Below are positions 1 to 12,299 of a stretch of 64,000 bases of DNA, piece by piece. Source of the stretch: Raillietiella orientalis (Eukaryota). The stretch's first letter is position 1. The number at the start of each line of letters is the position of its first letter. The DNA is taken from positions 1,364,001 through 1,428,000 of the forward strand of contig JAYWIR010000039.1 of assembly GCA_036172245.1 (NCBI GenBank). The letters are read 5' to 3'. The position numbers and the translations under genes were made by a program. Under the pieces are notes generated by a model. It did not search any database, was not told the origin of the DNA, and saw only the letters and a list, made by a program, of their open reading frames with translations.

Positions 1-79
1 CTGTAAATAAATCTCCCTGACAAGAGGACGGATGCGGCCCCTCCGCTCATCCAGGCGGGCTGCTGGCGACCACCTTTCA

Positions 80-430
80 AGATTCTCAAGCTCTGCGGGC
101 GACAGTGCTGCCGCCGCTGCAAGGAGCGGTGCTTCCCCGGCACCTTGAACGATTAGCGAAACCTACATTGTATCCCGAGACCCCGTGTACATAAACATGT
201 TGCATTCCGGGATCATCTACGTCGGGGATATGTAGCAAGCCGGGCAGTTGCAACAAAATGTGCCGGGGACCGAGGAAACATGCTTGGATCTCCTCGCTTC
301 CAGAGGACGGAGGTGGGGGTGGGGAAAGCAAACGGGCTGTGCAGGATGAGATCAAGGATGCGGTGCTCAGGACAAGCTGGAAAGACGCCGATGGTGGATC
401 AGGAAGATCGTCGACTTGCGGATGCACAGG
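80..430 (+). pseudogene. Cys-rich NF-X1-type zinc-finger remnant (ZNFX1/NFX1-like C-terminal region), frameshifted and stop-interrupted
   Basis: Manual translation gives LKLCGRQCCRRCKERCFP. Another frame gives TPCT*TCCIPGSSTSGICSKPGSCNKMCR...DEIKDAVLRT..DA..CG. This resembles the CGHxCxxxCxExC and CxGxCGEPCxxxCR patterns of ZNFX1-type proteins. Motif-level only. Confidence 0.35.
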
Positions 431-640
431 ACGCCAGAAGGATGTTCCAGAAGGACTTAGCCGTGTAGGGATCGGGTAGCCGCAGGGGCAGGCAGTCGAC
501 TGCTGAACGAGATGTCGAAAACTCGGCATCTCTCTGGCGAGGGAAATGTCGACCCGACATCTCTCCATCATCTCTTGGGAGCACAGAGGGAAAACATTCT
601 GGACCACAGAGGGAACCCAAACCAATTAATCCATTCCCTC

Positions 641-1050
641 GTTGGCGGCCGTGTGGCTAAGGTCTCCTGCGAGTGGCACCAGGTGTCGCGAGTTCGAATC
701 CCGTCCGGAGGAAGGATGTTCGACGCCGAGAACGGCGGGTGCGTCGTGAGTTTCCTTCTTTCCTCCCTGCCTTTCAGGATGGCACTGGTAGGCTTCGGTT
801 GGCTTCGAACGCGGCACCAGAGGAAGCCGGATGCCCCCCGTTGACTGGCTGGGAACGGAATCTGACCTTCCAGGAATCAAGGAGTTCTTCGGGGTTCCCC
901 TCCGGTTGTGGAAATGGAGGGAGAGTCATGGGGCGACGCTTCATCGAGCACCATGGATCTGATTGATGCCCTTCTCGGGAGGACGCCACCTCTCCATAGT
1001 GTCAGAAGCGCGCTGCCCCCTTCGAAGAGCGGACCCTTCAGAGGTAACCA
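641..1050 (+). mobile_element. R1 repeat, 5' part: tRNA-derived head, structured leader and ORF start
   Basis: A-box-like CGGCCGTGTGG at 646-656 and B-box AGTTCGAATCC at 691-701. The body GGCACTGGTAGGCTTCGGTTGGCTTCG...GAAGCCGG...CCTTCCAGGAATCAAGGAG...CCGGTTGTGGAAATG is shared with 22.6/23.5k, 33.9k and 35.5k. ATG at 914 gives MEGESWGDASSSTMDLIDALL. Confidence 0.85.
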
Positions 1051-1749
1051 GGTGTTGCTTGCTGTTCCGATGATGACTGGGGGTGTGGTGTAGTCGACAC
1101 TGGACGCACCCAAAGGATCAGCCTCGATGTTCGGGGGCTCCCCGGAGCTTCCCTTCGACTTCCCTCCCACCATTACCTTTCTTCTCCTCCGCGATGCTTT
1201 TCTGGGCAGGAGACGAAAGAGTTGACTTTTCTTCCAGAGCGGAAAAGGGAACGCTATCTGGAATCCACGGTTTCCATGGATGCGACGGAGCCTTGTGAGC
1301 CAACAGCATTTCAAGCAGGCAAGAAGCTCAGGAATTCCAGGAAGAGAGGGAGGGAGTGTCAGCTGCGTGGTCCTACTGCCATCAGCATGAAGAATGTTGG
1401 GTCCTCAAGTGACACAGGATTCATCTAGAGGCCAGTTCTTGAGACCGCGGGGTCATACAGCGCCCATTGCGAAGACCATACTGGACACAACCGGATCGCG
1501 CAGTGGGCGGAAAAGTATCCATCTCTGGGACCACTCAATCACAAGATGAAGCAACAGTGGCAGGGGTACTAGAAAGCACAGAGGTGTTGGCTGGTGGAAC
1601 AGGACACAGTGGCTGCGAAAGCTGCAGCATCTACAGTAGAGGGACCAGATGCTAAAAGTGGCAAGAGTGGCACCTGAAGTAGCATCAGCGAGTACAAAGG
1701 TAACTTTCAGCAGCGGCTTTGAAGACGAAACCAGGAAAGCGAGTTGCAA

Positions 1750-2200
1750 AGTGCTGAGGGAAGGGAGGGAATCCCATCTTGGGATCATTTTAGGGGCAGC
1801 GAATCTGGAGATGCAGGCCGCGCGGAGCAGAGAGAATCGCTCATCGTGCCCTCTGGCGAAGATTTCCAAAATCCCCTGCCCTTTCTGCAGGCGCAGCCGA
1901 GAAGCTGTCAACGTCGGATCGCGTGCTTGAAACTCCCCTCGATGCGGCAGAGCCTTTTCCGGCGCCGGGTCTGCAACAGTCTGGACCGAAAGAACGGCAC
2001 CAGCCGAGCATCCTGGAAATCGCCGAAAGAGCACTTCACGGGAGATTCCAAGAGGTTTCTGGTTTGAAAACGAATCAGCACATCAGAGGGAGATTTCGTT
2101 CTTACGGCACACTTCAGCAGCGAAGAGATCGTGCGCGCCCATCGAAATGAGTCCCCGGTTCTGACAAGCACCTCGGGGTACCCCAAGGGAAGTTTTCCAT
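1750..2200 (-). pseudogene. Possible NACHT/STAND NTPase N-terminal (Walker A region) remnant
   Basis: SFRW..ISSLLK...KRLCRIEGSF, then frameshifted PTLTASRLRLQKG...FSLLR, loosely matching hhhIEGxPGxGKTTL...WxxG...hFxhxLR. GKT is not intact. Confidence 0.25.
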
Positions 2201-2252
2201 TTCATGGGAACGTTTGAACACCCCCTTGGGAGGGATGAGATCGCCGCTTTTT

Positions 2253-2535
2253 GCTCAGGAAGGAGACGGGTTCGTCTCCGCTCAAAAGCCAACGGGGTCA
2301 GCAAAGGCTGCCTCTGAAAGTGTTGAAAAAATGCTTTGAGCTGAAAACGAGGAGGAAAGTGACCAACGTCTTGCACACGACAGTGACGTATCCACTGTTC
2401 TCTTCTTCGAACAGCTTCATGTTCTCTTCCGCGCTTCCCGGCTGACCGAAGGGCACCTCCCTGCCTGTTCTTATCTTGCAGCCTTTGCTGACCCGTTGGC
2501 TTCTGAGCAGAGCTGAACCCGTCTTCCTCCTGAGC
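2253..2535. repeat. Imperfect inverted repeat, about 58 bp arms (2253-2311 / 2478-2535)
   Basis: The reverse complement of 2253-2311 (GCAGCCTTTGCTGACCCCGTTGGCTTTTGAGCGGAGACGAACCCGTCTCCTTCCTGAGC) aligns with few mismatches to GCAGCCTTTGCTGACCCGTTGGCTTCTGAGCAGAGCTGAACCCGTCTTCCTCCTGAGC. Confidence 0.9.
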
Positions 2536-5199
2536 GAGAAGTGGGAGCCAGCAGCAATCTCAGGCGCGAGTCAGTCATCCGGGAAACTGCCGTTTAATGC
2601 CCATCTGATCGCGCTAATGGCAGGCTCCGTAACTTGTTGAACCCATGAGGAATTTGTCGCAAGAAGGTCAGGCTCTCCTAACAGCAACGAGCTGTTTCGT
2701 TTGTGCCCTTGGGAGTTCGAGTTCATTTCGCTCTTCTTCCTGCATCAGGGGCTTCCGTGTTTTTTAATCGGCTTGCCCGGCGGGAGCGTCGGGCTCGCTT
2801 CAATTTCTTGCTGTATGCCTCTCCCCCCCCCCTCACAAAATCCAAAGATTCGCACTTCACCTCCATCGATCTCCGCATTCTAGGATGCTCCTACATCTAT
2901 CCGCCTTTGCAGATCATTGCAGAACCTTCATCTGCCGTTCGGCACGAGAGACGGCGATATCTGGCAATGCCGACGGCTGCATCTCTAGCAATGAGGGGAG
3001 GAAAGCAAACAGACAAACCAGCTAGCAAGCACCCATGTGCTCCACTGTTCTCGCCATCAAGCGGGTGGAATCTCCCGTAATGGAGATGCACCTTTGTGTC
3101 ACCGTGAAAGAAAGGCGGATTTTCTCTTGGAGCAGTGATTTCTCCTCCTGCCTCTCTTGATAGGCTGATTATCCAGCTAATGCCCGAGAAATGTGTGCCT
3201 CGGATCCTTGCTGCTCCACTCTTTCACTTTTTTTAGAGTTTAATAATTCAAGCCTTTCTCACTGAAAGCCGCTGGAGCTTCGAATGCCCTTCCTAAGCCG
3301 TTCCATACGAACGTGCCTTCCCCCTCCCTCCCTCCTTCCTCTACCCTGGAAATCCTGTATCCTTTGGGTAGCCCAACACTCCTGCATGGGCAAAACAGAA
3401 GGCTGCACAGGACAGTTGTCTCCGCGAGGTACCGCCAGGTTCGAAATCCGGCGACAGTGGCAACCTGCTGGAATTCCACAGACACGGAACGCGCGATCAG
3501 CCGTCGGCTGTCGGAAGGGCTGGAGGTGGTCTAAAAGCTGCGGCTGAGCGCGTGTGAGGAAGGCCTGAGTGGAGCTGCAGCTTACGGGGCACAAGTGCGC
3601 CGCCGCATCTTTCCTGAACCCGCTTCTCAGCTCCCCCTACTGGAGTCTTGGCTCTCTGGATTAGGCCGTTCCTTGGTCGCCTCCGCTAAGCCAGCATCCG
3701 TCTTCCGTTCTCGCAGGCTTCGACTCTCCCTGACTCCTATCCTTGCGGTGCAGCTTTCGGACGCGGGACCGAGCGTTTCGGGTGCTCCGAGGAAGCTCTG
3801 GTGCTCGCCTCCAGCCGGCAGAAAAGACACTCCTTGTTTCACGCCTCCTGTTCAGATGCCACGCCCTCGGGATCAGGGAATCCGCAGGATCCCCTCTTCG
3901 CTTTGATTATCTCCCTCGGACGCACCGATCGATTACAGGGCTCGATCGGCTCTCGCGAATCCCACCTGCACGAGAAGAGCTGCAGACGAACCTGACCGTT
4001 CAGCGGCCGTAAGCGACGCTGCAGCCTCTCATCCTCAGGCGTGCTTCGGGAGATGAACCTGTGGTGATGGCTCCGTGGACACGGCGAGCTGGAAAATTCA
4101 GGTATCGAAGGCGACAGATCCCGTTTTCGGGAACCGGCGGAGGAGCAAGAAACGGCAGGAGGATCAAAGCTGGAAGAGGGGCACGGCCCCTCTGTGCCCC
4201 TTGCGCGCGCCGGATCGGAATGCTCGTGGACTGAAGGGGGGGGGGCTACTGGAGGTGCTTTCGGCGGGAAAGCGTGAGCCTCGCCTCACTTTCCACCTCC
4301 ACCTCACTCCGCGCTGCCCGGCAGCCCGAGAAGGGGAAGGGGTGCCTTTCCGACGCGCCACCCCACGTGTTCCTTGGCGTCCGTTTGGCGGAGAGCTCGC
4401 GGCAGCGACGCGGGTCCCTTCAGCCTGCAAGGAGGTTCCAGGTTCCGCTTGAGGATTTTCCGCTGATTCTCTCCCCCCTTTTCCGAGTTGTCCTTTCCTT
4501 CCCGCACTCCCGGATCCCACAGCTCGTCCGCACGCGACCACGCTCACTGGTGGTCGCACGTCCTTCTCATCCGGCACCCTCGCCGGTCGGACGGTTTCCA
4601 CTGGTGAGACTGTCGCCCAGTAGCCATGGGAACGCTCCGGCGGCGGAAGCTGACCCTTTCGGCACCTGGAAGAGGTACATCCATTGTTCCTTATCGACTC
4701 TGTTCCATCTCACCTGGAAACCTCTTCCCCCACCGCCGACGGCGCATAAATAGCGGAGTGCACCCGGGACCGCCAACCAGACAGCTCGGTTCCTCAGCAA
4801 CCAGCCCTCTTAGTTGCATCCCGCTATTCGGTGATCCTAATCTTGCTTTCGTCTTCTCCGGGAGGATGCGAAGGGAAGAGCAAATTCCGTTTCCTCCGTC
4901 TCCGGTTCCGGGAGGAAAACAGGAAGCAAAGGAATGGAATTCCGGAATGGAGGAGCAGCGATCTCTATAAAACAGATCGTGTTTTACTCTTGTTTCTCAA
5001 CATCTTGCAATCAGCGGCTGAAATGGAACCGTCTGATCGTTGTCAAAAAGATGAGGAAATTTACATCAGTTACAAAAAAAAAGATGTCCTTGCGTGAGTC
5101 AAGTCGAGTCCTCGTCATCACTGGTGGTGCCAACTGTTTTCCCGCCATCGGCTGCAGGCGAGGATCCAACCTTCTTTGATCCTCAAAGAAGGAAGGCTT

Positions 5200-5420
5200 T
5201 GGAGATCGCGGCCAGGAACATTTTCCTGGTGAGCGCTCTTTTCACCTTTAAGCTGAGGGTTCCATGGAACCGACGAAGGAAACCCCGATCCTCTCCTCTC
5301 TTTGCAAACTGCCCATCCTTGAACTGCAATCCGTTCCGTGCTGCTATCTCAGGCGCCATTCCCTTCACAGTCTCTTCCGCTTTCAGGAGCCTCTACTTGA
5401 TGGGTTCCTCCGGCCCTTCT
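5200..5420 (-). pseudogene. Possible CARD/death-fold remnant
   Basis: PIK*RLLKAEETVKGMAPEIAARNGLQFKDGQFAKRGEDRGFLRRFHGTL loosely matches the CARD C-terminal LxxRGxxxFxxFxxxL pattern. Confidence 0.25.
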
Positions 5421-5739
5421 TGTAAGGACGGGAAAGCAAATGTGAGCACTCCACGCCATGGAGGCAGTCGGCAGTCAACCAACGAAGTGGTGGATTTCCC
5501 TGCAATGAGTCAGGCCCACTCCATTCTGCGCATACTACAGGATGAGACACTGGAAACCGTCCCGCCTCGACTCCGTCTACGCGTGGTGACGTCACTGCAC
5601 GCGATCGGCACAGCTCACAGCAGTGCGAGCCCAAAAAGCACAGGGTGAGCGACTTATAATAACCGACCCGCCTCGAGTGCGGCTAAGCGACGAAACGCAG
5701 CGAGCCTTCAAGCGGTTTTGAGTAGCTCACCCTATAGGA

Positions 5740-6260
5740 AGGGAATTGGATAGAGTCTCTTGAATCGTATGCAGGTCATGTCAAGAGAAAGACTGCTGGA
5801 TCCCAATCTCACAAGAGACAGCCTCCTCTCTGATGAGAGCAGTTGGGAGCCAGGCTGTGGGCTCAAGCAGAACAAAGTCGGGGCGGAAAAGAAAACACCG
5901 AATGGAAACTTTGGAAAGGTGGGCATCGAGGGGTGGAGTCGAGCGCTGCTGACGAAGCTCAAGTCTTTTAGTGGTGGAGGACACCACCTTCGGTGGTCGC
6001 ACCGGGAAAATAGACGGCAAGGTTGTTCGTAGTCAAGGGAAGAGGTCACGGCTTCGTTCATCGATTGTCCGTCATCTCCGTGGCCTAGGTTGCCTGGATT
6101 TGGTTTCCCATCCTTACGGGAACACGAGAAGCCTGCGGAGCAGAAGGAAACTGTGGTGACCTCGTCATGGAGCACACAGCTAGACAGCTCCGTAAGGATT
6201 TTGGGATCCCTTACTCCCTCGGGATTCGGGCAAAGCCTTGCCGTCCCTCTAAACACCTGC
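5740..6260 (-). pseudogene. Extracellular leucine-rich-repeat protein remnant (Cys-cap plus LRRs)
   Basis: ORF 5732..6298(-) has a CPNPEGV...C...VSFCS cap followed by LKDLSF, FPKFPFGVFFSAPTLFCLS and SSSLSLDMTCIRFKRL. This is degenerate LRR-NT/LRR spacing of the kind found in expanded arthropod/crustacean LRR families. Confidence 0.4.
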
Positions 6261-7899
6261 AGCACTGAGGTGCGTGCACGAATTACCATGGTGCTCACGA
6301 ATCATGACGCCTTCAGAGAGTCTTTCATCATGACTCTCTTGCTGTGGTGACCAGTGAACTTTTTTTTTCTTTTGCCGCCTCTTATCTGGATTGCGGAGAC
6401 GCGTTTCGTTCCTCGGACTTTTTTTGTGCCCTTGAGGCTCCGTCTTAACCGTCTCCTCTTTTAAGACATGCTATTAGTCTTTTTTACGACAAAAAGAACA
6501 CAGCTGCTTCTCCGTAATTACATCACCCATTAGTGAGGTGAACGGTCCTCACGTGCGCTCTCCTCCTCCGCCCCGCAACTTCTCGCTTTGATTCTGAAAC
6601 TGGAGTTGCTGTGGCAGACGCGGAGATGCACCACGGCTGCTCAGGGGTGGGTGCTTCGGTTTCCCTTCGTCTGTAATTCCGATGGGAGCGCAGGCCCTCT
6701 CGAAGCAATTTCCACGCCAAGGAAGCTTCTCGAACTTCCGTGCTCAAGCACGGAGACGCAGGACGTTCCGACTTCACTCATCCTGCGAGCGAAGTGGGTG
6801 TGGTCGAGCTCTCCTGAGAAAGGGCCATCGGCGTTTCTTCCTCGCAAGAACGGAGAAGAAAAAGTGATGGATGAGGTGGAAGGAAGGTGGCCGCTCAAGA
6901 AGGACCAGACTGCTGTGGTGTTTCGACGTCTAAACTCCAGCGCTCGTCGAGAGTGGGAGCCGTGGCAATTAGTTTGGCGCTCCCCTGCCAGGACCCGGCG
7001 CGACTCCAGGCAATTACAGGGTCCTCCTTTACATCTTTCCGCTGACAATCCTGCGGTTGACTATCAAAAAATGGCTTCTGCACGTCTTCTCTTATATAAG
7101 CGCTCGCACAGCGCCAATGGGGCGTGCGAAAGTTGCTTGTCCCGGACGTCTGGCTCCAGCATTCAGCTCGTCGGTCATTCGAGTCATCCGGCTGGTAAGT
7201 CCAGAATTCGCACAGCGCGGGACCTTTCACCGGAGGTTGCTCCATAAATACTTCATCTGTCACTAGGATTCTCTCCTTCTGTTACCTCTCAGCCAAGCGC
7301 CTCTCCCGAGACTTTCTCAAACTGCAGCGATTACGAAACAGTCTCCTCATAGGTGCGCTGAGAGGATTTATCTTCTGCTTCGGATGCACGGACCAGCGGT
7401 GAAGGTTTGGGGCCTCCTCCCCCACGTGGTTTCTGCTCTCCCCGGAAGCCTCGAACGACCCGTTCCCGGAATGACGCCGCATCGATGGCCGTTCTCGGAG
7501 AAGGCATCGCCGCAACGGCGGTAGACACTCCAGCCGCGGGTTGCCTTTCCTCCCTCGAGTGATAGGTGGTGTTCCTCGGGCGGTGTTCTCCCCCTTTCGA
7601 CATGGGATAGGGGGTGGGCGGGGGATGCTCGTCTCTAACGCGAGCTCCTTCTCCCTCCTAGGAGAGAAAGCATCCTGAGATCCGATCCACGGAGGCTTCC
7701 GGTCCTCACCTCCGTCCAGATAGACTTCGCATCTTCTTGCCTGCGCAGCCCTTTTTTTGCCTCTCGGACCCTAAAATCCCAGCTAGCGCACCCCACGGAA
7801 GAAGACCGGGCGCTATGAAATGTACAAACACATGACCACGTGGAGTCCGTGAAAGAGCCGCTTTCCTTGGTGGCGGTCTTCTTCAGCATGCAGACAACG

Positions 7900-8200
7900 C
7901 AGTGGCTCTTCTAATGAAGGAAGAGTGTGCAACCGCTCATCCGAGGGGACCATGGATGGCAATCACGTGGTGCAATTCGGGGTGGAGCCTGCCAGCATCC
8001 TGCAAAGGATGCAGAGGATCCTCGGGAGTAGTCGGTGACCTTACCCCACCTACTCCTACTCCCCCCACATATTTTGAATTTCCTTATTTGGCCATCATGG
8101 ACGAGGTGTCGCTTGTCAGCACACCCGAAACTCTTCAGGCCAGGGTGACCGTGGTGACGCAGAAAGTAACACCCTCGATCGCCACCGCCCTGGTGCGGCA
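7900..8200 (+). mobile_element. R1 repeat, 3' fragment
   Basis: GCCAGCATCCTGCAAAGGATGCAGAGGA encodes EPASILQRMQRILGSSR*, matching the R1 ORF C-terminus (ELVGILEMMMQRMPSRGW*, EFASILQRMR). A C-rich then T-rich tract follows. Confidence 0.65.
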
Positions 8201-8894
8201 TGCGACGGATCGACCCAAACTAGGATGCGAAATACAAAGGGACCCTTTTGTAGATTGGACCAGACAGCGTAAAGCCAGTTAATGCCCCTCGCATCCCCTC
8301 TGTTTTCGCCTCTGCCTGATTCTCTTTTGGCCTCCAGAAATCCTGCTCGCCACCTTGAGGCCGGTCCATCCCGCTCCCATTCGCTGACTGGCCTTCCTTC
8401 TGATTCCTTCATGGCCTCCCTAGTTCTGTTCCAGTGAGGTTGGCACCCTTTCATTTCATTTCGGTCTGACCTCCACCCATTGCAAAGGATGATCCTTCAC
8501 TTTAAATGAATGAGAATGGCGGGATGGACAGGGGTGAAACTGCTAGCAGCTAGGAAGTTGCTTGCCTGCGAGTCCGACGCTCGTGGGATCGCGAGGAGCA
8601 CTGGACCCAGCCAAAGATCAAGAATTCGAGGTCTGGAAACCCCTCGAGCCATCGCCAAGCTCTTGAGGATGCTCATGACATCATCTGCTCCATCAGATGC
8701 AGTCGAGGTACCTCCTGGACGTACCTCCTGAGGCACGCCCCAGGTGGTCAGATCGATCGCGCTTCGATTTTCAGGAAGGAAAGGGGGGCAGATCGAGCGA
8801 GGCGTGTAAGCTGCGCGCCGAGAAAACCCCATCTACGAGTGAGCGATCCAGGTGTGGAGCACGGGCGCTCCAAGTCACCAAGACAAACTCTTGC

Positions 8895-10210
8895 CTGAGT
8901 GCTTCCGGCAAAGAGGAGTCAGACCGGGACCCGGAAACCCGAGGAAGCGGGTTCGAACCCCAGCAGTGAGGGAGGCACTCCGAATCAAGGTAAAAGAACT
9001 CCGCAGCCACAGAGCCGGGGCTATGCAAGTGATGGGAACGTCCGCCCGCGATTCTTACCGTTCGTTCCCATTCGAAACGAACGTGGAGGATTCGGAAACT
9101 GCGGCGTGCTGGTGCGAGATCTGAAAGGACCTCACGGAAGCGCTGACGTGAAGCTCTCATTGGACAGCGCTTTCGTGTTCCAAGAGACGCCAACTCGGGT
9201 TCCTGGTTCTGGAGCCGGCAGCGCAAATGCCTCCGAGGTCCTAGGAAAAATCCATGAGCGCGTACAAGAGGCGTCAAAAATCCAAGAGAGCAGTTTGGTC
9301 CGGCGACTTCCGCGCCCTCTCCAAACGGGGCGTTTGGGACGGCTCTTTCGCTTTCCTTCCCTTACGGGATTATTGATCGACCCTCATTTTCCCTTCCCGG
9401 AAAAACGCCTACTTGAGGGACTCCGATGTGCTGCCTCAGTTGGAAAAGCCAGATGGCCGGAAAGCATGGCAATGGGCAAATTCAAGCGGCAGCGGCGCCG
9501 TCCGTGTTAGGGCGGTGGCCTGTGACCCTCCCGTGGACGCCATCTCCTCGTCAGTCCCTTCGGCAGCTTCTCCGAGGTCGGCGGCGACTGCGTGTCCACT
9601 CCAAAAAAAACGAAAAGTCTCCTCCATCCCAGTGGTCCGGTCCCTCGGGATGCTTCTTCAAGACCACCTACCTGCCTGGAAGGCAGCACCTGTGACACCC
9701 GTGGTGCTGCTACTGCCGTCCGGGGACTCGCCCGCAGGTCCTGGAGCGGTCTGCCCTGGCAGCGACGGCACAGGCGCGTTCACTAGCCTGGACTTCCGCG
9801 CCCCGCGGTATACCATGAAGCTCAAGGAGGACCAGGAGACAGGTCTCTGTTTCGATGACCCAGCGAGTGTCCAATAGGCCACTTTCCCATCCTTTGGCGC
9901 GAAAGGTGACTGTGGCGAGCCGGCCAGGAGCACAGTCGCTGCCTCCATCCACCCGGCCGAGGCGCGGCGACGACATGACAGAGGAGACCGCTGCCTCCTG
10001 TCTCCTTAACAGCGGTGGACGAGGGTAACTCCGTCGCCGCATAGGAGGCATCTACAGATCGCCCAGTTCCGAGGAAGAAGGGTCCCTTCCGGTCGTCCTC
10101 CAGCTTACCGGGGAAAGTATCTCCATTACCGGGGAGAGATACTCAAGGCGCGTGCCACACCTGGTCAGACGCTGCCGAAGAGCTCTGGACGTCCACTCTC
10201 CTTCCTCGTG
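8895..10210 (+). mobile_element. Divergent R1-like copy (tRNA-like head to mid/late ORF)
   Basis: B-box GGTTCGAACCC at 8950-8960 inside a GAGTGCTTCC/GGAGGCACTC stem. Hairpins at 9059-9083 and 9133-9177. ASEVLGKIHERVQEA resembles SRTLELVDRFL(*)EA; AGCGGTGGACGAGGGTAACTC (~10013) resembles the SGWTTGQL codons; WSDAAEELWTSTLLP resembles WQELALLLLxWxLP. Confidence 0.45.
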
Positions 10211-10329
10211 TGGGAGTCAGCAAAGAGCAAAGAAGAAAGGAGGGATAAGGAAAAGAAAAATCAATGGTCGCAAAGAAGTTCGTCTTTCCACCGATAACAG
10301 ATGAACGGCGCTTTTCATGGGAGCCACCC

Positions 10330-10650
10330 CCGTTCCTTCCTGGAGTCGTTTCGTCTCCACTCTCTTCCCAAAAGGAACCCGCCGGGTTCCTCACGGGAAG
10401 AGGATCCCTTCAGTCACTCCTGAGCAGATTCCTCAGCTCCGCGTCGGACGGCCGAAGTTGCAGCCAATGACTTTGCCTGAGGGATGCATGTTCCCATCTT
10501 TCCGTCTGAGATGTGCGGATCTGGAATCCCCTGGGGAAACCGGAAGGACTCTGGATGGCGCACTGATTCTTTCGTCGGCACACTCTCCGGGATTCCGAGA
10601 TTCGAGGTCTGCAAACCCGGGCGTTCCAACACGGTTACCGGGGAAGCAGC
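10330..10650 (-). mobile_element. R1 internal fragment, antisense
   Basis: FWEESGDETT resembles LWERLGDETT of the 36k copy. FADLE...PESVPTK resembles LADAATPSVPPR. Confidence 0.45.
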
Positions 10651-10731
10651 GAGGAAGGGAGCTCATCGAGGACAGGCACAGTTCCATTCGGGGGATGGGG
10701 ACAGAGAGCTGTATGCACAAGGGAGGGCGCG

Positions 10732-10755
10732 ATAAATAAATAAATAAATAAATAA
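10732..10755 (+). repeat. (TAAA)n microsatellite
   Basis: ATAAATAAATAAATAAATAAATAA seen directly. Confidence 0.95.
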
Positions 10756-12299
10756 TTGCATGATTGATGGAAGGGACTCCATAGACCGGTTCCCCTCTCC
10801 CTGGAGTCTTTGATTTATGCGGGGCGATGCTTTTTCCGTTCTTCTCTGTAATATGAGGTCACCGACTTCGTGCATTTCGCAGACGGAGGAGCACGTGGGG
10901 TCTTTCCTACCTCTGTGCCCGTGGGATTCCAGAGGTTCGCTCCACCAGGGGCCAGCAGTGGCAGGAGGACACTCTTCTCACGCGCTGAAAAAGATGGTGA
11001 AAGAGTCCACCAACTGGTTCCACGCATCACGGAACTACAACCTGGCAGATGCTGGAAGGCTGGCGATGCTGCGAACGGACCGTGACACCACCCCGGGAAG
11101 GCGCCTCGGCTCAACGGTCGTCTCCATTGCGGCGGCACACTTCACACAGTCCGAGGGTGCATCGCTGCCCGGTCCACCTATGGGAGCTCTGGCTGCATGG
11201 GAATTTCCGGCTCAGGCAGAGCGTCGTCGCATGCTGCAGCGCGAAGGGTGGCACAGGGCCGTCCGGATTGACTAGGAGGGTCGCTAGCTCTTGTTCGGGG
11301 AATCCTAAAAGGATTTTCCCAGCCCTCTGTACCTTGGGCCGGGAAATGCCCCTTGCGAGGGAATCCGCTAGATGGCTTGCTGTCCATCTGCCGAGGAGTC
11401 CGCTCCCAGTCTCCCATGCATGCAAAGAGACCTTCCCACCCTGCCGATCGGCAGCTGAAGCACCCTTCAAATTTTTTTCCCTTTTGAAAGCGGAAGCATC
11501 CCTTGACAGAGCAAAGAAAGCAAAACATTCCGAATTGGTCATCCGTGGCCTCGTCCAGGACAACTGTCCAGGGAATCGGTTTCAGAACTGGGGGGGAGGG
11601 GGTGACGTGGGATCACCTGATTGACGGTGGCAAAAATCCTACGGGAATCCCAGATCCTTAGTAAAGAGACAAACCAAGCCCGGAGTAATAGGTTGCACCC
11701 AGACGCACGGCATGGTAGGAGGAGCGTAAATTAGACGCATTGTCTGGACCATTAGCCGGATGAAAGAGATGAAGGATCAGTGTGAAACGGGAAACAGCAT
11801 GCGCCGCAGAGGATGAGATCGCACATAATGCAATTTAGACACCCTGCTTGTCCAGCATGAGGTCGCCATGACAACCTGAAAAGAGGGAACCGTGTCATCA
11901 CATCTGATGCGTGCTGCTGTCCATTTGCATGCACAAAGACAGCCGTCAAGAAGGCACACGAAAGCAAAGAGGAGACAACATGCCCTTGCTTTATTTTGCT
12001 TCCAGGAAAACGAGAGTCAGTGCGCATGACCGTCGCCTGGGTTTCCAGGAGCTACTACGTTCCGCTAGAGCCAGAAGTTCCGAGAACGTCCTCGAACCAA
12101 CTCGGCTCTTCACCGAGTAAACGGAGGAACTGCAGCGAACAGATGGGCCGCGGTGTTTCCATTCTTGACCGCTCTCGATGCCCTCACCATCTTCTTGTTC
12201 TGCCTGTGGGAGGTGAAGCCTCCGAAACGTCTTCCTTCCGTATCCGCGTTCGCTGAATCCACTTCTTGGCTGGTCCGAGCTATTCCTTCATCGGGAGGA

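Noticed and set aside
641..710. Functional tRNA genes at 641, 8.9k, 22.6k, 33.8k and 35.4k
   Set aside because: A/B boxes are present but the acceptor and anticodon stems do not close properly, and each continues into the same repeat body. They are tRNA-derived heads, not tRNAs.
780..910. HDV-like or hammerhead ribozyme in the R1 leader or ends
   Set aside because: I could not fit a consistent P1/P3/L3/J4-2 topology across copies, nor find a CUGAnGA...GAAA core with flanking stems. It needs an RNArobo/Infernal search and is not claimed.
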